64,000 nucleotides of DNA from a virus (lineage: Duplodnaviria; Caudoviricetes): the IMG/VR virus record IMGVR_UViG_3300043812_000026; one strand, given 5' to 3'. Below, one piece after another: positions 51,110 through 60,588 of this stretch. The translations under genes were made by a program, and so were the position numbers. The notes beneath the pieces are model-generated. The model saw only the letters and a list, made by a program, of their open reading frames with translations. It had not been told where the DNA came from and ran no database searches. The first letter of the stretch is position 1; the number at the start of each line of letters is the position of its first letter.

Positions 51110-52402
51110 TTAGTAACTCAATACCTGTCCGGGGTAAATTAGGTTAGCATTTCTTAAACCATTAGTAGCTACTAAATGATTTACAGAAGTACCTAAATGA
51201 TAAGCAATTGTTGAAAGGTTATCGCCATAACGAACAGTATATGACTTACGTTGTTGTACTTGGGCGTTTCCACTAATCTTTAATACTTGACCGGGGTAAA
51301 TAGTATTGTAAATACTCTTACCATTAATTTGTGCAAGAGTATACATACTCATACCATGATCATTAGCAATCTTCCACCAGCTATCCCCGTAACGAACAGT
51401 GTAGGTTGAAGTTTGTTGAGTATTAGTACTTGGTACTGGTTTTTGCACCTTATTAGAAACAGAATTACCTGCGCCTTTATCAGCTACCCGAAGAACTTGT
51501 CCGGGGTAGATAACAGAATTAATAGTACTTCCATTAAGCTTAGCTAAGGCGTACATATCCATTCCGTGATCATTAGCAATCTTCCACCAGCTATCACCGG
51601 ACTTAACCACATAATTATGGGTATCTTGATGAAGTTGCTTACCTTGTTCCGTTGCTGGAGTTTCTGTCTTAGGCTTCTGAGCATTACCATTAGTATAACC
51701 ATTATCAGTAATACCAGTGAGATCAATATTCCGATCAAGCCCTCCAGCAATTGCTGTTGAAGTATATTGGAACATACCAATATTCTCAAAGCTAGGGAAG
51801 AAGTTATAATTAGGTTCTCTAGTTACGGCGTAGTTTGGATACTCGGCCAACCAGAGTTGGTACTTACTTGCTAAATAATGCAAATCAGTATTGTTTACAA
51901 GGTAATTCTTATAACCATAAACCATTGGAGTATAACCTGCATCTTTAATTCGTTGACAAGCATGGTCAATAGCTTGAGTACTCTGGTAACCTGATTCTAC
52001 GTCTAAAGCAATAATTGAACCTTTAGGTGTTTGTACCTTAGGCAAAAAGTAATTTAATACTTGATCCGCCTGTTGAGTAGTCGTAACATTTTGCCACCAG
52101 ATATAATTATGCGCCCGCTTGCCTTGAGCAATAGCACTTCTTACCTGTGATCCATAAGTCCACTGGTCATAAAGATTCCAACCAGTCGTAGTACCACCCA
52201 TTTGAATAACAGCGAACTTATCATCTGGATAACCAAAGATACCATTAGATCCTTGATACTTGGACCAATCGACACCATGATCCCCCTTGGCCGCCATTAC
52301 AGTTCCAGAGGAAAGAGACATCGTTGCTCCAAGAGTTGCTAAGGCTACTGTTGCAACAGCTAATTTCTTAAAATAATGTTTTCCCATTGCTAGAGTTAGC
52401 AC
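51110..52402 (-). CDS. endolysin: signal peptide + GH25 muramidase + 3 LysM
   Basis: GVDWSKYQG, ALDVESG, WLAEYP, FQYTS; three YxVxxGD LysM repeats; likely start ATG 52387. Confidence 0.92.
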   Translation of the reverse strand: MLTLAMGKHYFKKLAVATVALATLGATMSLSSGTVMAAKGDHGVDWSKYQGSNGIFGYPDDKFAVIQMGGTTTGWNLYDQWTYGSQVRSAIAQGKRAHNYIWWQNVTTTQQADQVLNYFLPKVQTPKGSIIALDVESGYQSTQAIDHACQRIKDAGYTPMVYGYKNYLVNNTDLHYLASKYQLWLAEYPNYAVTREPNYNFFPSFENIGMFQYTSTAIAGGLDRNIDLTGITDNGYTNGNAQKPKTETPATEQGKQLHQDTHNYVVKSGDSWWKIANDHGMDMYALAKLNGSTINSVIYPGQVLRVADKGAGNSVSNKVQKPVPSTNTQQTSTYTVRYGDSWWKIANDHGMSMYTLAQINGKSIYNTIYPGQVLKISGNAQVQQRKSYTVRYGDNLSTIAYHLGTSVNHLVATNGLRNANLIYPGQVLSY

Positions 52403-52649
52403 TAGGAGAAACTAGGTTACGGCTAGACTATCCTAGTCTAACATTCCAACCTCCTTATATTGAATTAAATACAAGAAATAAGATTGTACAATCTTGTATC
52501 AATATTAATATAAGGAAATAAAAGAAAAACACCCTGCGCTGGAGATACCACAGGATGTTTAACAGAAAATAAGAAAAAGAAGTATAATAATGACTAAACA
52601 CCATTATACAAGGCTAAGAAGAATAAAATGAGAAAGACTTCTTAGCCAA

Positions 52650-52830
52650 TAGCAATTGCAGGAGTCGAACCTACCTAGATAGAAAACAAATAAAATAAAG
52701 GAATTGAAAGGACTTAAGCCGTTTTATGAATATAACTTAGTCTTCTATGTATTACAGCAAAATTATTTTGAAATCCAATTTTAATTGGAAGGAGGTGTTT
52801 ATTAAATTCTACCTATACCATTAAATTGCT
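52650..52830 (-). ncRNA. tRNA-like-domain RNA (181 nt)
   Basis: Acceptor AGCAAUU/AAUUGCU-A, T-arm GUAGG-UUCGACU-CCUGC, long stem UAGGUAGAA/UUCUAUCUA enclosing ~120 nt. Confidence 0.6.
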
Positions 52831-52834
52831 ACAA

Positions 52835-52908
52835 TGTCCCGAGAGAGACTTGAACTCCCATCAACCGGATTAGAAGTCCGGTGCCTTATCCAATTAGGCT
52901 ATCGAGAC
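52835..52908 (-). tRNA. tRNA-Arg(UCU)
   Basis: Cloverleaf; anticodon arm CCGGA-CUUCUAA-UCCGG; no encoded CCA. Confidence 0.9.
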
Positions 52909-53044
52909 AAGTGTGCTAATTGCACACAGCTAAACTTACACGTCCGAACAAAAATTACAAACCAAAAGAAGCTACCATTCAACAAATGTCTAACTCTAAG
53001 AAGGCAGGACCTAGCTATCATCACCCAAAGGTAGCTAAGTCCAA

Positions 53045-53117
53045 TTGCGGAGACAGGACTTGAACCTGTGACCTCCAGATAATGAGTCTGGCGAGCTACC
53101 AACTGCTCCACTCCACG
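53045..53117 (-). tRNA. tRNA-Met(CAU), initiator-like C1:A72 mismatch
   Basis: Cloverleaf; anticodon arm CCAGA-CUCAUUA-UCUGG. Confidence 0.88.
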
Positions 53118-53217
53118 ATAAGAAAGGATTGGTCATTTGACTGACATTTAATTAATGTATTTAACCAACAATTATATAATACACCTGTCTTATTAAAAAA
53201 GCAAGAGGAATTGTGAA

Positions 53218-53649
53218 TTAATTTCCAAAATTCATCTGATCTAACTCGCCCATATCAAAACCCTGTCCGAAATCAAGGTCTTCTTTACCTTTAGTGACTT
53301 TTTGTTCCTTTTTAAGCCGACCAATTAAGCGACCAGCGTCTTTCTTCGTTAGATTATCTAAGTCTAAGCTTGCTGGATCCTTATCAGCTTTATTAGCTAA
53401 TTGTCGAATGTAATTAAGTTGGCGAGTAGTAGCAGGTTCTCCTGCACGGTTACGAGGTTTCATTTCTCCTAATTGTTTAGGCTGATAACCCTGATTAGTG
53501 GCTGGCGCTTTAGTTAAGCAAAGAAGCATATTGTCTTCGTTAAATGGAACAATGTTAGCTACTCGGTATTCATTACCAGCAGTAATCTCTTTAACTTTTT
53601 CTTCTACCTTATCTTTTTCAACAGTATAAGCTAGATCAATATAATTCAT
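53218..53649 (-). CDS. hypothetical protein
   Basis: PATTRQLNYI..LTKKDAGRLI small helical motif. Confidence 0.75.
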   Translation of the reverse strand: MNYIDLAYTVEKDKVEEKVKEITAGNEYRVANIVPFNEDNMLLCLTKAPATNQGYQPKQLGEMKPRNRAGEPATTRQLNYIRQLANKADKDPASLDLDNLTKKDAGRLIGRLKKEQKVTKGKEDLDFGQGFDMGELDQMNFGN

Positions 53650-53650
53650 G

Positions 53651-53995
53651 TTAATCGTCCTCCTCTTCCCTAGCTCCTGCTAATTGTGTTTCTAAATCAG
53701 CTAATCTATCTTCGTATTGAGCACGAATGTCATCAACATAGTTATCCCATTCATCATCTTTTTGGTCTAATTCGTCATCAAGATTAGTGATTTGTGTAGT
53801 AGCTTCTCCAAGAAGCTCAATTAAGCTAAAAGCTAAATCGCTGAAACGATCCTGTTGACTATCATAATATTTTGGATCTATATCTCGAATGGTAGCATTA
53901 ACATAATCAAGCCAACGGGTATGACTATTAACACTAGCGTCTACATCAATGTTTTCTTCTGCATGAGCAATAAGCTCTTTAGTAGTAATTGCCAC
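53651..53995 (-). CDS. hypothetical acidic coiled-coil protein
   Basis: 114 aa with RBS GAGGA. Confidence 0.75.
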   Translation of the reverse strand: MAITTKELIAHAEENIDVDASVNSHTRWLDYVNATIRDIDPKYYDSQQDRFSDLAFSLIELLGEATTQITNLDDELDQKDDEWDNYVDDIRAQYEDRLADLETQLAGAREEEDD

Positions 53996-54109
53996 AATAC
54001 GTAATCCTCACATTCAACCAAAATTGGACTAATTAAGATAAAATAAAAAGCCCTATGTATACCTTAAGTATAACATAAGACTAATTGATGTCAACTGTTT
54101 ATTACTGTT

Positions 54110-54736
54110 TTACCAACCACCAGTTTTTGGCGTATTTTGCCAGCCACCATAGCGACTATTAGCATAATAGTTGGCGAATGCGTCTTGGGTAGCAGGATCC
54201 ATTGACCACTTCATACCAGTTGCACTTTCAATTCCAGCGATAGTTTGTGGTGCAAATTGGTATGCGCCAATGTAACCGTTACCAGTATTAGTATTGTAGT
54301 TACCACCAGATTCGATAGAACGCCGAAGGGCGGCCATTGAATTACCAGCAAGTGAGCTGTTAGTAGTATCCTTAGCTGGTTGACTTTGAACTGGGGTAGT
54401 TGATTGTTGTACAGGTGCTTGTGATTGCACTGGTTGGTTCTGTACAGGTTGAGTATTAACAGTAGCTTGACTAGCTGGTTGAGCTTGGCTAACTACTGGA
54501 GCCTGTACATTGTTAGTAGTTGATTGTTGTGCTTCTGGAGTAAGCACTAAAATATCACCAACGAAGATCTTGTTAGCATCGCTAAGGTTACTAGCGGATG
54601 CAATTGTTGATACGTCAGTACCGTACTTGTTAGCAATACTAGAAACAGTGTCTCCAGCTTCTACCCGTACATGAGTATCATCAATCTTAGTGTCAGCATT
54701 AGCTGTAGTAGCACCAAGTAAAGCACCTGCCATCAC
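54110..54736 (-). CDS. secreted LysM + lysozyme-like/transglycosylase protein (aggregation-promoting-factor-like)
   Basis: Signal peptide, VEAGDTVS LysM, Q/P/T linker, IESGGNY..GAYQF..RYGGW; true start probably upstream. Confidence 0.8.
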   Translation of the reverse strand: MMAGALLGATTANADTKIDDTHVRVEAGDTVSSIANKYGTDVSTIASASNLSDANKIFVGDILVLTPEAQQSTTNNVQAPVVSQAQPASQATVNTQPVQNQPVQSQAPVQQSTTPVQSQPAKDTTNSSLAGNSMAALRRSIESGGNYNTNTGNGYIGAYQFAPQTIAGIESATGMKWSMDPATQDAFANYYANSRYGGWQNTPKTGGW

Positions 54737-54960
54737 AGCACCAGCTAAAGCGAATTTAACATTTTTGTTCTTAGATAATAAAATAAACCATCTATCCTTT
54801 CATTTACATACGAATTCTTTGTTTGTTCATATAAAATTCATATTTGATTACACTCTTACTATAGCACGCACCAGTTACAGAACAACTACAGAAATATTAC
54901 AACAATATTACAAAATTAAGACAAAATAAAAAGACCTGTCAATTAGACAAGTCCTAATTA

Positions 54961-55293
54961 TTAATTATTATCTTTTTTACTAAGCAAATGTTTGAGAAAT
55001 TCAAGGCTATCGTCTTCGTCTAAGGTGATAACTTCCATATGGTCTTCGTCCTCATCAGTTACTTCACTTTCCGTACTATCGTCATCGGTAAGCGTGATGC
55101 TGATAATATCATTGGCTAATTCTTGTGGGAAATCAGTAGTTGTACAAAGATCGTCAACCGCTACACCAATTGAGAAGATAATGTCTTCAAGTTCAGCTCC
55201 GTCCCAAGTATCACCCATTTTTTCAATTAGTTCTTGTGCCATATCCATAGAGCGTTCGTATTTTGCTTGGTCTTCATTACTAAGTTTAGTCAT
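54961..55293 (-). CDS. very acidic hypothetical protein
   Basis: 110 aa, D/E-rich, RBS AAGGAAAGGAAG. Confidence 0.75.
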   Translation of the reverse strand: MTKLSNEDQAKYERSMDMAQELIEKMGDTWDGAELEDIIFSIGVAVDDLCTTTDFPQELANDIISITLTDDDSTESEVTDEDEDHMEVITLDEDDSLEFLKHLLSKKDNN

Positions 55294-55354
55294 TATTGTA
55301 ACTTCCTTTCCTTTAATATGTTTTAATTCTAACTTCGATGTTTTTAGAAGTCAA

Positions 55355-55789
55355 TCAGTTTTCAACCTTTTCTTCAATAAAAGAAATATTGCTAAATCCC
55401 TCTAATTTTCTTGCAATTACCTTTAGTAAGTCAACATTTTTAAGTTTATTGCCTTCATTATCAACAAACCCGTTACGTCCTCGCTTAGCTAATAACTTCT
55501 TAGTAGTGAAAGTTTTAATTAAATACTGATTATCAGTTCTAATTAGTATCGACTTATTTTTAGAATGATCATAAGCTTTGAGAACCTGAAAGAAGGATTT
55601 TAGGGATAAACGATCTAAGTCAGAATTATCATCTGCCTTACTAAAATGATCCACAGTCTTACCATGCTTACAAGTATAAGAATAAACACCTCGGTTATTC
55701 TTATTAAAGATTGAAACATCGTATTTTGATGTAGGAACATTACCTGTAAGTAGGGGTAATGTTGAGAATGTGAACTTTTGTCTTGGCAT
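55355..55789 (-). CDS. degenerate RNase H-like protein
   Basis: IRTDNQYLI..GNKLKNVDL parallels RNase HI, first catalytic motifs lost. Confidence 0.55.
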   Translation of the reverse strand: MPRQKFTFSTLPLLTGNVPTSKYDVSIFNKNNRGVYSYTCKHGKTVDHFSKADDNSDLDRLSLKSFFQVLKAYDHSKNKSILIRTDNQYLIKTFTTKKLLAKRGRNGFVDNEGNKLKNVDLLKVIARKLEGFSNISFIEEKVEN

Positions 55790-56886
55790 TATAAATTAAT
55801 TCCTTTCTTTTCTTGGTATTCGTCCATAGCTTGATTAACAAGACTATCAACAAAATTATTCCCTTTATTATCTTGATGACTTTCGACTTTATATAAGAAA
55901 ACGTTACTAAATTTCTTTAAATGCTTTAACATACTCAGCCAAAGATCAGCATTCTTAATTTTTTCACCGTTAGGTTTCTTCAAATCATTCTTCGCCCAAG
56001 TGTATAACCAGCTATCGTTAGTCAGAGCTTTAATTACATACTGAGAATCAGTAACAATAATAATTGGTTTATCGTGTAAGTAATGAGCATCTCTTAAAGC
56101 TTGCAAAACCGCTTTTAACTCCATTCGCTGGTTAGTAGTGTTTTGAACCGCCTTATTAAAATTGATAGCGGGACGGTCTGGAATTTGAATCGAATAAGCA
56201 TAAGCGCCAATCTTAGTCTTATTTCTTTTACCACCATCAGTGTAAATTTTAATAGCTTTCTTAGGCAAAAAATCAAGCTGTGATAAAGGAGTAAATCCAT
56301 AGTCAATATGTTTCTTACCTTTTTGGATAATGATAGGATTACCAGATTTACGTTCAACCTTATTTCTAGTAAATTTCTTTCTTAATCTTGCACTAATATG
56401 AGGTCTAATTGTTTTAAGAATTTTCATTAATTCTTGATACACCCTAGGACTAGGATCAACTTCTTTAATAAGAAATCCTTTCTTAAATTGAGAAAGTAAT
56501 TCCCCAACCCTAATTAACATCTTTCTTTCCTTAGGAGTTAATCTAATATCATCTGGGTTAACCTTACCAGTAATCAAGTCTCTTAATTTAGGGTCTTGGA
56601 TTTCAATACAAATAACCTGTCTTTTCTTCATCGTTTGAAGAGCAATAATCAAAGCTCTCATATTAAGGATAAACTGATTAAGATTTTTAACAGCTTTATA
56701 ACCTCGATCAGTCTTACTATTTCCCATAATAAGATAGCCATAGGACACTAATTGAATTGGACCCAAGTCACAGTTTTGATTGTGATAGCTTGTGACTACA
56801 ATTTTATAACTGAAATCACCTTGCTTTAACAACTTAAGATTATTAAGTGATTTAACTGTATTAGATTTTGTTCTCATTTTATTCAT
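55789..56886 (-). CDS. rnhA: ribonuclease HI (C-terminal) with degenerate N-terminal RNase H-like domain
   Basis: IYTDGG, TNQRMEL, TDSQY, KNADLW, H..GNNFVD. Confidence 0.85.
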   Translation of the reverse strand: MNKMRTKSNTVKSLNNLKLLKQGDFSYKIVVTSYHNQNCDLGPIQLVSYGYLIMGNSKTDRGYKAVKNLNQFILNMRALIIALQTMKKRQVICIEIQDPKLRDLITGKVNPDDIRLTPKERKMLIRVGELLSQFKKGFLIKEVDPSPRVYQELMKILKTIRPHISARLRKKFTRNKVERKSGNPIIIQKGKKHIDYGFTPLSQLDFLPKKAIKIYTDGGKRNKTKIGAYAYSIQIPDRPAINFNKAVQNTTNQRMELKAVLQALRDAHYLHDKPIIIVTDSQYVIKALTNDSWLYTWAKNDLKKPNGEKIKNADLWLSMLKHLKKFSNVFLYKVESHQDNKGNNFVDSLVNQAMDEYQEKKGINL

Positions 56887-57339
56887 CTCTTCATAGTTTT
56901 ATTCATATGTATTAGCTAACTTGTATTAAGTAACGCTATGTATGAATTATAACTTCATCTTGCTTAGAAGTAAATCCTTATTTCAAACTTTCTTACTACC
57001 CTATCTTTTTCTTCTCTTCTTTATCCTTACTCTATATCTAGTCTTTATCTCTATCTTATGTCTTACTTATTATTACTCTATCTTATTACCTTATACCTTA
57101 CTTACTTACTTCCTAAGTTTAAATACTAGATAATAAGATAAGATTAATAAGAACTAACTTTAACTCAGACTATCTAACCCTAGCTTATTACACTTAAAAG
57201 AAACAACAAAACAAAACAGCACCCCCTAATATGCAGTCAATTCTCTAGTAATAAATCTACTCTAGTTATTGATATTACAGTATTAGAGAGGTATGTCATA
57301 TGATTTGTTAAGTTTTAATTCTAATATAATTAGATCAAG

Positions 57340-57822
57340 TAAGGCTATCACTAATTAGCGAGAATAAAGACAGAGTAATAATTACTCCGCAAGACATCAG
57401 TACTTATTTACGTTTTACGGCTTATTCGTACTGTTCCATTTTTAACCTCAGCGCACCCTTGGTCCTACTTATCACATCCTAGTTTTAGCATCCGGGAATC
57501 AGAGCTTTTTATTGTTTACCCTCAGGGACCTCCCTGAGCATAGTTGATAAGTTAGGATTGGAACCCCAATACGCGGTCCAAGCAACAATTAGCAGAACTA
57601 ATTGTTACCACCCTGTTACGTTTCGTCTTCCCTACAAAGGGAGGGAATTAATGACAGGCACGTACAAGAGCCTTTAACGTTACCTACTGGTAGCGAGTCT
57701 ACTGAGTCATACCACGACTATTGGGAGACTAAACCCTACCGACTACCAAGGCTTAGGCAGTTATATACATACCAAGGTCGCTGTCGGTTTACACTATTCA
57801 ATTAGGTAACGTTAATTACCCG
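57340..57822 (-). ncRNA. candidate large structured ncRNA (ROOL-like?)
   Basis: ~480 nt without a credible ORF, visibly GC-richer than flanks, many hairpins, TGATATACT extended -10 at 57829-57837; ends approximate. Confidence 0.55.
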
Positions 57823-57968
57823 AATACTAGTATATCACACTTTCTCCCATTAAAACCATTTTATAGTGAAAAAAAATAAAAATTTTCTTGCTATAAGATC
57901 ATCACTTAGGATTGGATTAAGGAGTATAATTAAACTATTAAATCTGAACAACGAAAAGAGAATATTGA

Positions 57969-58229
57969 ATGTACCATGCAATTATCTTTCATACACCTAA
58001 TTGTATGAAGTGTAAGTTAACAGAAAAGCAATTGTCCCAGTTGATGTCAACAAAGATGGTTTTGATTGATCGGCTGGCTGAGACTCGAATGGATATTATC
58101 AATTACATGGAAAGTCACGGAATGGCTTCCTCACCTTTGGTTAGAATTTATCAAGGAGACAAGTTAGTGGACGAATGGAATGACTTTCAAGTATCAAAAA
58201 TTAAACAGTGGAAAGGTAGAGTTGGTTAA
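57969..58229 (+). CDS. glutaredoxin/NrdH-like redoxin
   Basis: CMKC active site, SSPLV, W.DF. Confidence 0.75.
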   Translation: MYHAIIFHTPNCMKCKLTEKQLSQLMSTKMVLIDRLAETRMDIINYMESHGMASSPLVRIYQGDKLVDEWNDFQVSKIKQWKGRVG

Positions 58230-58258
58230 TCAAAACTTATTATGTAAAACTGTATTAC

Positions 58259-58579
58259 TTGTTCAAATACATCGGCTATTCTAATTATGAAATGGTCAAT
58301 ATGATTGAAAATTTGATTAGTAATCCTTATTCAGATGTTTATAAGCTACGAGATCAGTTAGACGAGTTTGAATTAGTTAAATTTAGACAACTTTCTGAGG
58401 GTCCAGTTGCTTATACCGTCTGTAAAGCTCCAGAATGCGCTGTGAGCCGTTTTAAGGAAGTTCTAGTACCATTAGCCGAAACAGGGGTAAAACACAACGT
58501 AGATACCTCTCTGTTAAAATTACAGCTTGATACAAATGTTCATGTAGCTGAGGATCGAATGTTGTTGCTTTTGAAGTAA
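58259..58579 (+). CDS. hypothetical protein
   Basis: 106 aa ORF in operon. Confidence 0.65.
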   Translation: MFKYIGYSNYEMVNMIENLISNPYSDVYKLRDQLDEFELVKFRQLSEGPVAYTVCKAPECAVSRFKEVLVPLAETGVKHNVDTSLLKLQLDTNVHVAEDRMLLLLK

Positions 58580-58588
58580 GGTGGTAAG

Positions 58589-58924
58589 ATGGAATTTGAA
58601 ATTATTTCTCCACACCCGTTAGTTGATAATCTAAAGGGTGAATTGTTAAGAATGGAGAAACAAGTAAAGGAAATTATTAAAGACCCGAATTTTGATGGTC
58701 TGTATTTCACAGATGGTTACCAAGGTGAAATTTTAGTTAATGCGATGCACAAAAAAGTAATTGGTAAGAAGTTAACAGGTTATTTTCCTATGAAATCAGA
58801 CCTATCCAATATGGATCAAGTTATCAATAACGTTGTTAGTGCTTGGAAACAGCAGGCAACCGAACGTGGCATTAGAGACTTCAATAATTTCCTAAAATCA
58901 ATGTATGTAGAAGGTGTAAAATAA
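58589..58924 (+). CDS. hypothetical protein
   Basis: 111 aa with RBS AAGGTGG. Confidence 0.75.
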   Translation: MEFEIISPHPLVDNLKGELLRMEKQVKEIIKDPNFDGLYFTDGYQGEILVNAMHKKVIGKKLTGYFPMKSDLSNMDQVINNVVSAWKQQATERGIRDFNNFLKSMYVEGVK

Positions 58925-58941
58925 TCGAAAAGACGCTTTAT

Positions 58942-60403
58942 CAAGGATAATTGGCGAGAATACCCCCACTTTGATAAGTGGGAGATGAATCGCCTTTTTG
59001 TTATAATAAAGAGTTTGCAAATCTTGCCTTGACTTCTTCTAAGTTTTGAAGTTATACTTCGCTTATAGAAGAAAAGAGGTGAAATGAATGTTAAAGGGAG
59101 TAAAATTACGCTTATATCCTAATGCTAAGCAACGGGATCAGTTAACTCAAATGTTTGGTAATGCTAGATTCATCTGGAACATTATGCTAGACATGGCTAA
59201 AGCTAGATATAAGAATAATCCTAGTAGTCAATTTGTAAATGAATATGGAATGAATTACTTGGTAAAGCAATTAAAACAAGAATATCCATTCTTGAAAGAA
59301 AGTGAGGCTAGAAGTTTACAAATATCTAATCATTACTTAAACCAATCCTTTAAGATGTTATTTAAACACCAAGGTGGCTATCCTAGGTTTAAAAGTCGTA
59401 AAGCTACTAAACAATCTTATACTGGTGATGGTAGTCGTGGTGGTTGTCATATTATAGCTAAACGTTATATAAGACTACCTAAACTAGGTTCTATCAAGAC
59501 TAGTAAGACTAGCCAATTAGAAGGACTAAAGATTAAAAGATATACAGTTACCTTAGATCCCACTGGTAGATATTATTTATCTTTAATGGTTGATGATCCT
59601 AATATCCAACCTTTAGAACCTACTGGAGCTGTTGTAGGGATAGATATGGGAGTAGCTGATCTAGCTATTACCAGTGATGGTTATAAATACCCTAAGTTCA
59701 ATACTCCTTACTTAGATCATAAGGTAGTAGAAGCTCAATCTAAGTTTAGTAAACGTAAACAAAGAGCTTTAGTTAGAGTAAGACAATGGAATCATAATCA
59801 TAAAGATACTAAGATGGAGTTAGAAGATTATTCTAATTGGCAGAAAGCACAAAAACAGAAAGCCAGATACCAAGCTAAAATAGCTAATAAGCGTAAAGAC
59901 TACTTACATAAGATAACAACTGAATTAGTAAAAAGTTATGATGTGATTGTAATAGAGGATTTGAAAACCAAAAATCTTTTAAAGAATCATCATTTAGCTA
60001 AATCAATTACTAATAACAGTTGGTACTTATTTAGAGAAATGTTGGAGTATAAGTGCAAATGGTATGGTAAACAATTAGTAGTTGTTAAGCCCAATTACAC
60101 TTCACAGATATGCTCTAATTGTGGTTACCACTCTGGTAAGAAACCACTAGATGTTAGAGAGTGGACTTGTCCTAATTGTGGTACTCACCATGATCGAGAT
60201 ATTAATGCTTCAATTAACATTCTAAATAGGGGATTAAAAGAGTTAAAGAAAATTAAGGCTAGGGACTAGCCATGGTAAAAGAGCTTAGTTCTGTAAGTTA
60301 GGTTTAGTGAATACACTTGTAAGATCCTAAATACTACTAAGTGTTCCCAGAATCCCCACTTCAAGTATTAAACTAAAAGTTTAGCTAAGTGGGAGAAGTT
60401 CAA
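58942..60403 (+). mobile_element. IS200/IS605-family TnpB-only element (IS1341-like)
   Basis: Subterminal CCCACTT..AAGTGGG hairpins at both ends; TTTAT 5' of left end; right end GTTCAA. Confidence 0.8.
59088..60269 (+). CDS. tnpB: RNA-guided endonuclease TnpB
   Basis: KLRLYPN; RuvC GIDMG, VIEDL, DRDINA; CSNCG/CPNCG. Confidence 0.92.
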   Translation: MLKGVKLRLYPNAKQRDQLTQMFGNARFIWNIMLDMAKARYKNNPSSQFVNEYGMNYLVKQLKQEYPFLKESEARSLQISNHYLNQSFKMLFKHQGGYPRFKSRKATKQSYTGDGSRGGCHIIAKRYIRLPKLGSIKTSKTSQLEGLKIKRYTVTLDPTGRYYLSLMVDDPNIQPLEPTGAVVGIDMGVADLAITSDGYKYPKFNTPYLDHKVVEAQSKFSKRKQRALVRVRQWNHNHKDTKMELEDYSNWQKAQKQKARYQAKIANKRKDYLHKITTELVKSYDVIVIEDLKTKNLLKNHHLAKSITNNSWYLFREMLEYKCKWYGKQLVVVKPNYTSQICSNCGYHSGKKPLDVREWTCPNCGTHHDRDINASINILNRGLKELKKIKARD

Positions 60404-60438
60404 GGGCGTGTATCAAGAATTTGAAGGGAGAAATTAAT

Positions 60439-60579
60439 ATGGCTGGAATGAAAGCACAAGTTAAGCATCAATTGCGTTCTAAGGGTATTAGAACGATTAC
60501 AACTGATACGGGTAAGGTTCTTAAGCTTCAACAAGCTAAGACCTCTGAATTGATCAAAGTAGCAAGTAAATTAGCTTAG
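60439..60579 (+). CDS. small basic protein (46 aa)
   Basis: RBS AAGGGAG; MAGMKAQVKHQLRSKGIRT..KLQQAKTSELIK; below ORF-track cutoff. Confidence 0.7.
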   Translation: MAGMKAQVKHQLRSKGIRTITTDTGKVLKLQQAKTSELIKVASKLA

Positions 60580-60588
60580 GGGGATTTT

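Noticed and set aside
52433-52444. Genome-wide TAG recoding suggested by in-frame ambers before the lysin
   Set aside because: Capsid, portal, sheath and hub all end at TAG at expected lengths, and no suppressor tRNA is evident
52650-52830. Calling this RNA tmRNA (ssrA)
   Set aside because: Too short, no G3:U70 pair, no recognisable tag ORF
52834-53111. ORFs 52834..53034 and 52899..53111
   Set aside because: They overlap clear tRNA genes
3415-56357. Numerous short plus-strand and nested ORFs in the track
   Set aside because: Shadows of long minus-strand genes, without RBS or motifs
57602-57805. 67-aa plus-strand ORF
   Set aside because: No RBS; antisense to the structured RNA candidate
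59088-60269. Nuclease-dead TnpB (TldR-like) or Cas12 call
   Set aside because: RuvC D-E-D is intact, IS ends are present and there is no CRISPR array
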